NCBI GenBank assembly: GCA_036172245.1
Contig: JAYWIR010000010.1
Coordinates: 868,001-932,000, forward strand
Source of the DNA: Raillietiella orientalis
Lineage: Eukaryota
Length of the DNA: 64,000 nucleotides
Reading direction: 5' to 3'
The notes beneath the pieces are model-generated. The model did not search any database and was not told where the DNA came from. It saw only the letters and a program-made list of their open reading frames with translations. Made by a program: the position numbers and the translations under genes. How positions within the stretch are numbered: the first letter of the stretch is position 1; each line of letters opens with the position of its first letter. Positions 1 through 13,049 of this stretch are shown here, in pieces.

Positions 1-1000
1 GTGGCTAACGCGCATCCCAGTGGTCGGTACTGCTTTCAGGCATTCGCGGTCGCGCTGCTTGCGATGGTGCTCTGACACGGTGGTACTGACACGAGGCGAA
101 CCATGACGATTTGCGGAACTCAAGTTAGATTTTGGAGATGGCGCGAAGCTTCTCGGTTCTTGCACTCATGTCGTGGCTCAGTGCTCACTCTTACCCGAGG
201 TGTGGTTTCCATGAGCGACGATCAAATCCCTGTGGTCATCTTTTCGAACTTTCACCCGTCCGAGAATTGCATCCACATCCGAATGGTTTTTGTTGCTAAA
301 TCCCGTTGCCTTTTGAAACACTCCGTGCACGGAGTGTTTCAAAAAGCATATGCATCCCGTAGCTGTTCATCTAGGATGCTGGAAACAGCGTACACGACAG
401 GAGAACTTGGCCATAGTTTTTCGAGTGCTGACTTCGAGAGTTCTGCATTCAGGTGTCGAATATTGGAAGCCCCTGCTGAGTGTTTCAGGGGAGCCCTTTT
501 CCGTTTCCCCTGACGGAGGAAGCCGTTTAGAAAGAAAACAGAGATTCGCTAGCGCATCGCCGAGCAAGCATCCATGCCTGCTTTCATACTGCTGCCTCAG
601 TGGACCATAAACTCCGCGGCAGAAAGGATGAAGAGCATGTCGGGAGAACTCCGCAGCTTCCTCATGAAGAAAAGGGATTGAGTTCGAAGCAGCGCTCGTC
701 GTCCCTGAATCCGTTTCTTTGAGGGACAGACATTCCCAGACTAGTTTGCCCCACGCTACCTTCAGTCGGTATCCTCGGAGACGGAGGAAGGCTCCAACGA
801 ATTCCGTATCTGGACACGTGCGTTTCAGGAAAAGACCCCCTCCCCCAAGCGGGGCTTTCGAGGTCCAGTGAGCCGCGGTCATCGGCAAACATCTTATTCC
901 GAAAAGCGGCTCTAAACCAACAAATCCAAAGGAGGACGCCATGGTGCTTTTTAACTGACGTCACACACCGTAAAAGCTGAGGAAATGCAAGAAATTTTAG
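1..1000 (-). pseudogene. Possible decayed tyrosine-recombinase-like (Crypton-related) transposon protein remnant
   Basis: Frameshifted minus-strand peptides ECLSLKETDSG, HPFCRGVYG..RH.C and DAILGRVK..DLIVAHGNH..EKLRAI loosely follow a family pattern I remember (LPC..C.GFY....L.RH...C; IL..M..D....D.LI..FG...RQKMREL). The resemblance is weak and needs an HMM search. Confidence 0.22.
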
Positions 1001-3264
1001 CGCGGTCCATTGTAAACAGCGCAGTCTTTTTCGGGAGGTGCTTCCGCACGAATCGTAACACTTTATACCATCATCTTTGCAATTCAGAACGACAGCTGGC
1101 GCTTCTGGATGCCTGCCGAATGATAACTTATAAGCAGCGCAAGAGTCTGAGATTCATGCTGATTACATGCATCTCTCTGTCATTCTGGTGAAAAATCTTT
1201 CAGGAAGTCACTGGATGCCATCATCTGCCAAGCTGATACGCAGTGATGCCCACGCGAAACTCCCGGTAGCACGATTTCCGTCGCCCTGGACGACCGAGTT
1301 CCACTTTCATCCAAGAGGCGGATGCCATTCCGAAACGCGCTTTTGGCGAGGGGTCGCACCATTTCACCGGAGGGAGGCGTCTTGGCAACGCCCGCCTGCC
1401 ACACACTTGCCAGCAGAAACCACACTTACGAAAATAATAAGCAAGGCATGACTACCTACTGAGAGCCACGGCAGACGAGGGCAGGCGTCGTTCTGCCGAT
1501 TCCGCTTGCGCAATTCCTACGATGCGTGCACCCGGGGTGAGCACTTTCGACGCGTCGGTGCAGATTGCTGCGGTGGACCAGCCCGCCTAGTTCCCGCGTC
1601 TGCACGAACACTCAGTCGGATGCAAAAAGAAAAGAAAACACACAACAGGAAAAAAAAAAAGGAAAAGAAAGAAAACTCAGATGGTCGTCCATTAGCCGAA
1701 GCAATCAGCGTTCCTGTTCTTGGACGGTGCAATTCCCGATCGCACTCCACGGAGAGCAAATGATGTTTGCTCTCTCCGGAATCGAAGCCGGAATTAAATA
1801 CGGAAAAGGAAAGCACGCCATTGGGTATGCATCCAGGATGCAAGCAAGCTGCTTTTGTCCCCCCCCCCCTTTTTTTTTTTTTTCGTTGTGGTTATTGGGG
1901 GTACCGCCGCAGATCCCGTTAAACACGGAGCCGAGTTCGCAACCGCCAGCTCGGATGAAAGGAGTGCCATTCGAAAAGGGCGCGGACCTTGCGCGCGCGC
2001 GCGCGCGTGTTTCAACTTGATCTCTTGAGTGTTGTGAAATGGGTACGGCAGCGGGAAAGGGGAACAGCAGCTCTCTCGATAGGGTCATTCCCGAATCGGC
2101 GAACGGTTTGTTTGCTCGTCAATCCGAGTTCGAAGGCGTTTCGTCTGCAGGCTGCCGAGGTCGCCATGGGAAGAAACGGCACTCGCGAAGGCGCGCGATT
2201 TCTTAAAACCGGAGGACACCCCTTAGTTCTTTGTGCACACCTATTGGAGGCTTTTTTTTTTTTCTTTTTTGCTCACAAAGCAATTTGGGAGTGCTCGTGA
2301 GAGCTTCAGGAGACTTCCAGCTTCTGTTATGCTCCCAGCATTACTTTGGACACCATTCGGGAACAGGCCGCTGATGATTCCAAGCCTGCCAAAACGTAGA
2401 GAATTCTGCAACCGAAAAGAAAATCCAGCTAAATAGCAGAAAGCATTCCATTTGGCTCCACATAGTCCGTGAACTCGGAAGAGAAGGTCTAAAGGTCGCA
2501 CCATTAAGCACGAAAAAGCAGATGGTCCTTCAGGGCTGCTTGTTTGCTCAAAGTCTCGGAAAACAAGAGTGTGTCGTACAATTCCGAATGACCAAGTGAT
2601 CAGGTTTCGAGTCAGGGTGCGTGGGAGTCACCATCTATAAAAACCTCAAGCATGTTGTCGACGTTGGTGAAATCTGCTTGCATCTGTGGCTTCTTTTAGG
2701 CAACATCGAAAAACGAAGAGCGAATGAAAGATGATGAAAGTTGAAAAGACGAAACACTGGCCACACTGCTGTACTCTAAATGCAAACAGAGGTCAAGAAC
2801 AGGATGAGCTGTTGGTCCATCCATGAGGACTGATCCTGCCATTTTCTCCCTCACCTTGCTGGAATCTCATCCACCCTAAGAGCCATCAATTTTACCACTG
2901 CTACCATTAATATACGACCCTCAAACGTATCTTTCCCTCAAATCCCCTTCCTACCACGATCCATCCTTATCACCTCTCTCCTCCTAATCTTTGCCTTACT
3001 CGTCCTAGCGGGAGCCATTACCATGAGAAGAGGAATGGCAGACCGAGAACAGTGAAACAGAGACACAGCAACAACTAAAACAGGAATGCATGGAAAGACA
3101 CATGGAAAGAGCACAGCCTGTTCTGAATGTCGCTGCTTTGCGAAACGGAGACAAAGAGCACCTTGAAAGATTCAAAATGAGTTGCTCCTTGATGACTCCA
3201 AACGGATCGTCGTAAAGGAAAGCCATTTGATTGATCTTTCGAAAACACACACATACGTCTTATT

Positions 3265-4110
3265 TTGCAAGTCTCAACTCGTGTTCCGAGTTTTCCGTAT
3301 GCGAACAGAAGAGGGTTCCTCTTTTTAAAGACGTTCCACCACAAAGCGACGAGTAGAGGAACTCTACGGTGGAACAAACCACCAGCCCGAAAGCAACGGC
3401 ATTGCAAACTTATGGAGGTCCAAACCACCAACTTTCACTATGGACCGGAATTGAGCAAACCGTCGAAGACAGACCTAGGCAACCATTTGGTCGTAACGGA
3501 AGTGCCAGCAACGTGGACGCTTACGGCGTGCCGCCCCCTTACGTCCTCACCATCGACCCATACCAGTGCGGGCTTTCCCGTTCCGACCAGCCTTCATTAT
3601 TTCTCAACCACCTCTTCCAGAAGGTTGTCGAACGCGGCAGCTCGAGGACGGTCTCCCTGTCCCGAACCTGGGAGCCTTGGAGGTGCCTCCAAGCGAAAAC
3701 GGGCAATGGCGGCGCATTTTGAGGGTGCCACGGTGGTGGTTTGCGCCACGGGCGAGTCCTCCGGCAGGCCATCGGCGCATGACCAACCACATCTTTCCGA
3801 GGTCCACGTCAGGTGGGGTGGTCCTTCGGGACGAATCCTTCGCGAGAATCGAAAGGCACGGAACGAACGGGCGTCCGCCTAAGCGCAAATCGAGTCGCGC
3901 CCACGCGGGCGCATCTGTATGTAGCTGCGTATTTATTTGCGAACGCTTGCGTACATGGGAGGGTATGGACGTGCACACGTTACGCGCATGGACTGCCTTT
4001 GGGCTGGAATGTTCGCCCCTTGGTCCGTGACGTTTCTCATGGAGAGAGCAATGGCGACGTGTGGGGAGTGTTTCCAGAGCGACGGTCCAATCGTGAGTGT
4101 GCTCTACACC
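3265..4110 (+). mobile_element. Degenerate L1/Tx1 ORF2 fragment (post-RT region)
   Basis: 3478-4068 is nearly identical to 22508-23085, which lies inside a Tx1 copy that continues into the CCHC motif and 3' UTR. GLSRSDQPSLFLNHLF resembles the GGLG.PD motif. Confidence 0.7.
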
Positions 4111-4559
4111 GAAAATGAAGCTCGCTCCCAGGTCTAGAATTTGGTAGCGGGGGGTATTCCCATCTCTGGGGCTCTGTCTGATGATTTTTGCTATTCACCT
4201 TGACCGGGCGCGCTTAGATGAGGGCCGGCTCCATTTCATGAGACTGGACTCCTTCGATCCCAGCGGGAAACAACCTTCTCGTGGAGGCAGCCCGCGGGTT
4301 GCCCACCGCTGGTCAGGGTCATCTCGGAAACAACGCAGCTGACGTGTTCCCTTCGGTTGCTGAAAGGGGAATTCCGGGGGAAGCGATTGGCAATCCATGA
4401 TTCTCGTAAGGGCGATGTGATTGCGGATCGAAGGAGTCGGTGAGTCCATCAGAAAACGCTCTCGTTCCCACCACATGATGGCAGGGTGGAGCAAATAAGC
4501 ATATGTGATGATCACGACCAGTGTGTGTGACCGTGTGTGTGTCTCCTGTGAGAAGGACT

Positions 4560-4900
4560 GTGACTTTCGTTTTTCGGATGTGGCATCGCGTGGAGCAAGC
4601 GGCGCTTTGCACGAAAAGAAAATGGCGTACTGAGAGCTCTTGGATGCGTGGATCGTTGGGCGCCAGGAGTCCGAAGCCGGCTGTGGACGGTGAGGAGGCT
4701 GGAATCGCTCAAGATGACGACGACGCAGGCGAGTCGGCAAATGCGTAGGGTCAAAGAGTTTGAAAGGTCCCCCCCCCCCTCCCCTTTCGCAGCTTTAAGA
4801 ATCGCCGAGCATTTGGGAACATTCGGGAGGTGCTCAGAATGGCCTCGTTGAAGACGGCGAGTGCCCTTCGAAGTGGTCTCTCGCGACGTGGGTCTCGGAC
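4560..4900 (-). mobile_element. Possible CR1/L2-type APE endonuclease remnant
   Basis: Minus-strand peptide KGEGGG..VVVILSDSSL..QRSTH resembles RGGG..IILGDFN..PTH. Confidence 0.3.
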
Positions 4901-5330
4901 CACGCAGAACCTCCCGACCGAAATGGGTATAATCCACCCACGAGGGCTGGGGATAGGCGCAAAGAAGGTGCTCTTTCCAGCCAGATAAACTGTCCGAGAT
5001 AATAAAGAGTTGACGATGTGGATGAGAAACACAGATGTGGAGGTGTGCGCATTTGACTACTGCATGCAATTATTCCAAGATGGTGCTCTATGGCGGTGAT
5101 AGTGCCACAAGGGTCAAATGCCCTGGGAAGATACTGAAAAGACAGGCACATGGGAATGCTGTGGTGAGCTGATTATCACGCAGCGTTTGGACGCCACTGG
5201 ACCATTCCATGCACTCGGGGCACCTGAATGACTCAAATGGAAACGAACTGAAGATCTGTTTCCACCTTTATCGGCCCGTGATGCACTTTTGGAATTCTTT
5301 TAAGCAACTGAAAGTGAAAGCATCCACTTT
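4900..5330 (-). mobile_element. Possible LTR-retrotransposon integrase remnant
   Basis: Minus-strand SFQYL..QLFIISDSLSGWKE resembles PF..L..YLLVIVD..S.W.E of DDE integrases. Confidence 0.25.
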
Positions 5331-5499
5331 TTGCGACGATCGACCGCGGCCCATATGAAGATCCCGATGGTGGAACGCATTTCCTTGAGATGGTGAAGCC
5401 CGAGATGCCTAATGAACCTCATCAAAGGAGTAACAAAGTACCTGTGACTTTCGAGGTGCAAGAGAGCTGCCATCTACCGGGAACACGCAGCGCCACTCG

Positions 5500-6547
5500 A
5501 GTTCCCGCAGATCGACGCGAGAGGCTCCCCGCGAGGCAGTAGCGACAGCTCTCTTCGACGGCGAGCTCAGTAGCCTCTGGACGACGGACGACTCAGGAGT
5601 GGAAGCCAAGGCTCATGACATCATCGTTGCCCTCTGTGGACTTGGGATCCAAGCAATTATGTAGCTCCTTGCGAACTGGGGATCCCGCGAGAATGTGCGG
5701 ACAAGATGGGACCACTCATGGTTCCCTGATGCATCCGCCACGGTCGCGGTACCTATCGGACCCACTGGTTTGGACTTCTGGCGGACGATGCTGAAAAACC
5801 TTCCGACACCACAAGTCGAAGATGTAGGAGAGCAGCTCCAGGAAGTGGCGGAAGACGTAGCCGAACATGAAGGCAGAGAACGCTTCCCGGCACCTCCTAC
5901 CCTCAAAATGGGAGCCTTGTCATGCCCCACATTACTTTCCTTGTACCTCCTTCATTTTTCAAGTGAGAGCGGCCTGGCCTTCCATTCATGTTTGTGCGGG
6001 AGGTTGTCATGGAGACGCGCGTCGCTGCCGTCACTTGTCAGGAGGCGTCTCTGCGCTGACTGGCCTCGCCGTCCGAGATTCAGCCAGGACGAAATGGGGA
6101 CTATGTCCTCCCTGCGGGGTTCGAGCGGGGGAGGAGGGGACTGACCGGCTGGTGATGTCGCCGATTCGTTCCGGCACGACTCTCTGGAGTCACACGGCGA
6201 TGGCTTTCCCTTCCGGACTCATCGGGTCTGCAGGACGCAGGGTCACGAGCGCGCACGACTGGCTGGCTGCTGCCGCCCTCTGCCCCTTCTTCCTGAGGAG
6301 CGGGGACTCTCCTTAGGTGTCCCCCGCGATCGTCTCGTGACCCCACTTCGGTTCGAAGGACGGTGACCCTCGTGTGACCTAGGAGCATCGTGCGCGGGCA
6401 AGCCCAGAGACCAGTGGTCCTTGCGGCAGCGGCGCTCGACATTCCCCTTTCCTCGTACCTTGTAGGGAACTGATACCCCTCCAGAGCAGCGCTGGAATCT
6501 GCGATCCGGGGTCGCGCAAATTTCAGCAGCACTTCCACGTTCGGCGT
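5500..6547 (-). mobile_element. Degenerate Tx1 ORF1 (gag-like) remnant, split by the 6548-7087 insertion
   Basis: CPRTMLLGHTRVTV..GHLRRVP resembles the Tx1 ORF1 HLP.T..LG..RG.V.Y.GQP..C..CG..GH zinc-knuckle region. Confidence 0.45.
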
Positions 6548-7087
6548 TTTCACCAGGTCAAGCCGGGGCGTTTATTGAAAAACTTTCAGTATTTGGGGTA
6601 CAAGGCCCCGCTGCGGCCAATAAAACACAGGGAGCTGCCGGGTGGTCGGTGCGCAGACCGACTTGACACTCCACGTCAGCGGATGGGGTTGGCGAAAAAA
6701 CAAAAATAAAAATAAAGGAAACTGAAAACACAAAAAGCCATAGTTCTTTGGAAGGCCGGAAAGGGATCACTGTCCGCTGCGTGGAGATTCCATGCTTTGC
6801 AGGATGCCGACGAGGTCCTTCTGCAGATTTCCCAGGTGGGGCCATCGGGTTCTATTCGCAGAAAGCGAGCTGCATACTCCATGGCATCCCTGTCTTTTGC
6901 ATCTTCTACTTCGTCGGATCCACTCCAAGCCGCCACAATACCGCGGATGCAGCTGAGCACTGCTACGACAGCGGCTGGCTGCAGGGCGTGTTGCACGAGG
7001 AAAAGCCGAAAAACGTCTCTGGGAGGGTAACCTTCCACGTTCCCTAAGGTGGAACCGAAACGTTCCCAAAGGGGCCGGAGGGCAACA
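6548..7087 (-). mobile_element. 5'-truncated Tx1 copy (ORF2 end plus 3' UTR) with ~21-bp TSD
   Basis: Homologous to 23400-23940. AATAAA lies on the minus strand at 6571-6576. Flanked by cagcacttccacgttcggcgt (6527-6547) and cagcacttccactctcggcgt (7088-7108), 19/21 identical. Confidence 0.8.
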
Positions 7088-9479
7088 CAGCACTTCCACT
7101 CTCGGCGTGGAAGTCTTCATCGGATCGAGACACGAGCCTGGTACTCAGCAGCCACGCCGAGAGGCTTCTCTGAACGGCGGGCGCAAGCGGAGGAACACCT
7201 CCAGGAAGACTCCGAGAAGCTTCGGGAATCTCCAGGACAACCTTCGAAGTAGCAGGATCTCCTGCTTTCTCTGAGGCGGGGATTTCGAAGAGCGAATGCT
7301 TGGCGAAGGAGGAACAAAGCCTTCCTCAGGTCGCAGGAGACTGGGAAAATTTATAGCTGCCCCCCCCCTCCCTCCCGCCGACGGGGGGTAAAACCTAGGG
7401 ATGTGACTGTGAATTTGGGGTCGTCCTGGGAGCCACCAAGAGTCATCCTGCGTTGAGGGCTGAGCAGCCTTTCTGTATGAACGACTCTCGGCAGACGTCT
7501 TCTGGGGATGGCATAAAGCCGCACCGATGCTCTGCATGCAGCGCGCGTGCCGCTTTCCCCCCCCCCCCCCCCCCCCCTCATATGACCATCAGTTCACCCT
7601 CCGTTTTCTTGGAATGGAGAACATTCCTCACGCCTGCGCGCGCCAGCCGCAAAGTTGCTCCCTCTGTTCATAGATGGCGGAGGAGGCTCACGTTCAGCGA
7701 AAGCGCGGATCCGCGCGCTGCTGCTGACGTTGCCGGAGAGAGGGCGGAGGCGACGAAGAGATTGAGTTGCTCCCTTCCTTCTCCTCTCCCTCCTCCTCCC
7801 TTCTCTGCATTCCGGCCTCCTCCCGGGAGGGCGAGACTTCGGACGCGCGCGCAGGCACCTCCCGCCTCGAAACAAAGCTCGAGGGGCGAGCTGACGACAC
7901 TGCCACTGGAGGCGCTACCTACCAGGGAGTACCCGCCGCTACTAGCGTAGGAGGAGCCAGGCGGACGGGATTTGTTCTGGAGAGGCGACGGCGCGCGCGC
8001 CTGCGCTTCCCCGCCTTTTCCCGGTATGCTGTAGTTGCTCTACGAGGAATGGGGGGGGGGGGGCGAGCTCTGCACCACCTCCTTCATCCTCCTCCGGTTC
8101 GGGAAAGCAGGAGGAGGAGGAGGGGTGGAGGGAGAACGAAAGAGGAAAGAGAGCCGGGTAGGTTTCCAGGGCTGCTCCCGTCTCGGCAGCGGGCGAGGAG
8201 GAGGCGGGGTGCGACCACCCATCCATTCAACCTGAGCTGCTGTTGCTGCGGCGGTCTCTTGCTGAGAGACCGACCGCAGTGCGGTCGCTCCTTGGCAGCA
8301 GGAGAAAGTCGAAAGAGCACTCGCGGGCCGGAGGGGAGAAGGGAGGAACGCCACCCGCCGTCGCCTAGCAATCCGTCCGCTCTCGAGCGTCTGCCGTGCG
8401 TCTTCTCCCTTCATTCCCCTGCCCCTTCCCCTCGCGTTCCCAGTTCCCCTCGCTCGTCGCCTGGGCAACTCCAGCCGCTGCCTTGAGGCTTCCACGCGCG
8501 TCCAGCACGCATCTCCGGTGAGAGGGAGAAAGGATGGCCGTGGCGCAGGCACCACCACGTGGAGGCACCCGTTTCCCGTGGCAGTGCAGTGAGGCGTCCG
8601 CCTTGCCTTGCCTTCCTCGTACCGGCTCGTCTGCCCTCTCCTCGTCCTCTCTCTGGGGTGGGATCCCCCGCGTATCCCTGCCTGTCTCCGCACCTTGCAG
8701 GAGACGTGTCGACGAGTGGTAAGGGCGGAGACGGAGGGCCAGCGAGGTCACCTCAGGCGAGCCAGGGACGCGCCACAGCTTTGGCGAGGACCAGACGACA
8801 CGTTCTTCTCCTGTGTCTGCCTCCTCTTCCTGCCACTGGCGATCCCCCGTCACCCGGGCAAGGGTGACGGGGGATGTGCTCCTTCTGCACCGGAAGGTCT
8901 CTTCCTTCCTCTTTGCTTCGTGTCCCCGGGCACCTTCGCTCCTTGACCCCATTCCTCGGTGTCTTCCTCAGAGTGCCGAGTGCCGCATGGTCGAGGGGCG
9001 TCTCATTTGACTGCAACCCCCCCGCCCCGTTCCCCCAAGGTCTTCTGAGTGCCCGTTCGAGTCTCCTGCATCTGCAGCCGCTCCGGGAGCCGGGCTTGTG
9101 AGCGCTCTCGCTCGACACGCCCCGCTGCCCTGGAAGAAGCCGATGCTTCCCGGGGCTGGGGCCACGCGGAGGGCAGGTGTGCTTATCCTCCTCTCCATTT
9201 GCTGCATGCGGCCCTCGGACACGAGAGACCAGCCGGAGGGCATGTACGACGCCACGGCAGGAAGCCAGGCTGCTGAGACCGCCCATATAGTTCGACGAAG
9301 GGCCGGGACTCTCGAATCCTCGCCAAGATCTCCCCTCCACGAGCGTGTCCGCAGGAGAAAAAAAGCTCATCCCGGCACGTTCCGGCCTCTGCGCTCCACT
9401 TTACTGGGAGGGATGGCCCCGGACGGCTTTATGGGAAGTCGAAACCGAAAAGAGTGCACGGTCGGTGTAGACGGAAGGC

Positions 9480-10280
9480 CCGTTTTGCATGTGGGCCGGC
9501 AGCACACTTTACTGCCCATTTCCACTATCGGCCCGCTCGCATTCTGGATCTCCCACATGGCGGCCGTTCGGTTCCTCAGGTGGCAGGCTGGCGACGTAGC
9601 AGCCACGGTCGCGCAGGACGCCGCCGGCTTTTTACCTACCTGCCTTGCCTTGGCGACCAGCTGGGGCTGGAGCGCCCCGCCATCGCGGTGCCGGGCGATT
9701 TCTCCCGTCCTCCGCGCAAGGTGCCACTGGGCTGACGCTCAACTAGGGCGGGACAGGGCACGTTACAGAGCCGCTGCCATTACAATCGCTGCAGGAGTCC
9801 GCGCGAGGGCAGCCTCCCAGGACGCAGCTTCCCGGAAATCTGCCCTCACGAGACGTGGATGCCCTGCCAAGGCCAAGGAGCAATCGGAAGCGTAGGAGAG
9901 GAGGAGGCCTTGCGGCTACGTTTGCGCCTACGGCTTCGGCGGAAGCGTCTCCGGGATGGATTCTCCGGAGAACCCACTTCATTTCCTCACTGCTCTGTCA
10001 CGGAGGACGTTCCCGCGGCATCCACAGTGTGCCCACCGGATGTCGGCGCCAAGCACGTGGAAGTCTCTGTCACAGACCCGCCTGCAATCAATCAGCTCGC
10101 GCGACGCAGGGAAGCCTGTTCGCCTCTCCCCTTGCTCCATCTAGGCGAACGAGAAGCAACTACTCCTGCTCAGTGCGACGGACCGTCGGGAGAGGGCTGC
10201 GTCGGAGCTGACTCGCTTTGCAGCGCTGCCAGCACGAAGGCAAGTCCGCGGACAGCCAGGGAAAATATTCTCTTCGAAAT
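9480..10280 (+). mobile_element. Possible Gypsy pol remnant (protease to start of RT)
   Basis: PLAFWISHMAAVRFL resembles FLVDTGAAVS. Further on, ACSPLPLLHLGERE resembles SPWASPVVLV.KKDG. Frameshifted and weak. Confidence 0.3.
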
Positions 10281-10599
10281 TCCAAGGTTTCTCAGATGAA
10301 GGGAAGTCACTTGATGATTTAGAAATCTTCTCGCGGGATCTGTTTCTGGGGATGATTTACTATTAGCGTATAAAAAGGGATCAACGCGTTAAGTTCTACT
10401 CTTATTGGCTCTGAGTGTTCTAACATGAAAAACGGATGCAATAATGGATAGGCCATTAGAAGAGCGGTGATAATGATTATGGGTACCTGACGTAAATCAT
10501 ACCAACTCAGCTCAGCTTCTTTCGTCTGGAGCCCTTCGCAGTTGACATTGTCTGCACTCTGCTTGTTCTGAGAGTTTCCAAAGCAGAGTGATTTATTTT

Positions 10600-11380
10600 T
10601 TCCCCGTCTCCCGGGAGATATCGATAGGTTTCTTCGGCAGCCGTAGGAAGCAGATTTTCTGGAGGAGAGTCCTTTTTTTGTGGAGACATCCGAAGGGTGC
10701 CAAAACATGCTAGCCTGGCTGCAGCCATCGCTCAGAGGAATGCCCACCAGGCTGCTGCGCCTCGGCCCATCGCGGCGCGGCAGAGGTCTTCTCTCCAGCC
10801 AAGGTCCGCTCATCCGGCTCATGCAGCAAACCGGATCGGAAGGCGCGGCAGACGCAGGACCCTCCTGGGTCCTTGTTTTCGGACAGGGAAGTTGCGAGAG
10901 GGACAGCCTCTTGGTGCCGTTCGATTCCAGAAAGGGAACCTGACGGCCAGGGCCCTTGGGTATGCAACCGAGGGTTTCCGGGGGTCCGTCCTCCCGCCTG
11001 GTCCGCGGACGCAGGCGCCTTCCAGCAGTCCGACCGCCCCCACCAGCTAGTTCCCCTCACGGCCCTCCTCGTTGGCCGGTGGATGCCGATCAAGGCAAAT
11101 CCTCCGCTCTCAAGACAGGAGATGGGCGTGTCGTGTGCGAGTGGGACCGAGCTTTCTTCCGGACCACGCCCAGCTCCGCGCATCTCGTAACGGGCTCGGA
11201 ACGCAGGAGCCGCGGACCATCGTTCCTTGATTCCTTCGAGGAGGGCTCCCTGTCCTGCACCCTCCACGAATCCCCCCCTCTCCCCTTCCTCCCGAGCGCC
11301 GTCTGCGGAGATATTCTCAGCTTCCCCTGCCACCACGGACTGCCCGATCCCCTTACCCTCCCTCCGCTCTCTTGCGTCTC
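10600..11380 (-). mobile_element. Tx1 ORF2 remnant (linker and N-terminal RT)
   Basis: Degenerate motifs in the expected order: ~KSPGPDG..FW, RGCPSRNFPVRKQGP (~GVITLLPKKGD), RSSLVGIPLSDG (~DQ.CGVPGR), PTAAEETYR (~LDAEKAFDR). Confidence 0.55.
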
Positions 11381-12674
11381 CCATCCCACATGCAGCGACG
11401 CCTTTTCACCGACGCCAGTACGGTTTTCGGTTACTCAAAGCAATCGAAAACCGGACTGAAGTCGGTAAAAAGGCGTGGCTGTGTACCTTACGAGTGCATT
11501 AGTCTTCTCAACAGCGCTTTTGTATTCTTGCTGTATATTTAACATTCCAGACAACCATACCATTCATAAATCAAAGCACACTTTCAGTTTTCTCTCAAAG
11601 ATGTCGTCGTCATGGATGCTGCATTTCATGACGCATCTAAAGCACAAATCGAAATCAGTTATCAGAAAAAAATATTCACTCTGCACAGAATATATTGCCA
11701 ATTGTTTTGAATGATACCAAAATTAAATAGTTGCATACTTTAAGGCATGCAAATTAAATAGGAAAAGGTGAGCGACTTGGATGCTTTTCAAAGAGATGAC
11801 GCCGAGACGCTGATGTAAAAGTAAACAAACATACAGGTCAGTGGGAACTGAGCCCCCTGAAAATAACAACGACAACAAAGAAGTTCACAGGGAATGACCA
11901 CCGGCTCGCAGGTCGGTTTTTTATAAAGTCCGGAGGGAAGGGGTGGAACAACGAACGATTAAAAAAAAAAGAAAAGAAAAATTCTTTGGTTTCAGCCACT
12001 TTTTTCTTCCTGGAGCGTGCGCTGAATGTTGGCGATCACTCCGGCGACTTCTCCTTCGAAGCTGCGCGGCCACCTCGCAGCCGTAGGGCAGCTTCCTGCA
12101 GCATCCAATTTACCACGTAAACTTCTGCGTTTAAAGCTAACGTGAATGCTTTTGCATCCTGACCAGCTCAAGAAGCTGGTCGCCGTCTGCACCTGACCAC
12201 AGAGGGGGGAACTGAACTCTTGGGCCTGACTGCAATCTTCTGGTAGTATTTACTCGACTCTTGAGGGAGCTCGAAGAAGCACTTTGTGCAAGAAGCAATC
12301 GCCAGCCATTGCTGGAGCCATAGCCAGAGAGACCTAGCAAGGCCTTGTGGTCTGAATGCGGTGGATGCAGGATTTCCTAGACAGCCGAGCTCGTATTTCT
12401 GGACCAAACAAAGGAATTTTCTAATGAGGCAACAAAGGGCAGGGCAAAAGAAGAACCTGCAGAAGGTGTGCGGGCGCGAGGATCGACAAGGCAAGAGACG
12501 CAGAGGAGACGACGGCAATAGGTTGGCAGCGACGACAGCCAAACGACGTTGTTGCATTCCTGGGCACGAACTCCTTGCAGCGGAGTCCCACAAGGGAGGA
12601 ATACGGTCGCATGCATGTTCCTGCTGAAAGATCCAGGAAGAACCACGCGTCAGAATCATCCTCCTTCTTCGATG

Positions 12675-12774
12675 GAATCGAAGTCAGGAGCGATTAGAAT
12701 AATGTAGATAGAGCGACATGGACATCTACCTGTCTTCATGTCCACATTGTTCTAATTGCTCCTGACTTCGATTC
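12675..12774. repeat. 100-bp foldback with 34-bp arms (31/34 complementary)
   Basis: gaatcgaagtcaggagcgattagaataatgtaga (12675-12708) versus tccacattgttctaattgctcctgacttcgattc (12741-12774). Confidence 0.9.
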
Positions 12775-13049
12775 GGTGGAATTCAAGGATCATTTTGATG
12801 CGTCGTTTTTGGCTGACATGGCTATGTACATCCTTGGGGACAGGATGATCACGGCCGCCATGATAGCACCCGGAGATGTCTACGAGAAATACATCGACTA
12901 CCAACCATCCACCAAGGCTCTGGATGCGTTGCCCCCCCGACAAAACTCGACCCTTCCCGCCTAGCTAGCCCTAACCCCAACCCCACGCTCAGTGCTCCAC
13001 TTGTACTGCCGGTGCATGCGGTTCGCAGCCCTCTTCCCTCACGATGTTC

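Noticed and set aside
6541..6580. The reverse complement of the Tx1 terminus reads PGRLL, suggesting targeted insertion into the endonuclease PGRLL motif
   Set aside because: The TSD at 6527-6547/7088-7108 places this sequence inside the element (AATAAA plus ~20 nt), and most flanks are ORF1/UTR, so the peptide match is probably coincidental.
12776..12964. Protein-like 62-aa ORF (EFKDHFDASFLADM...)
   Set aside because: No recognisable family, no clear splice sites, and it lies between TE relics.
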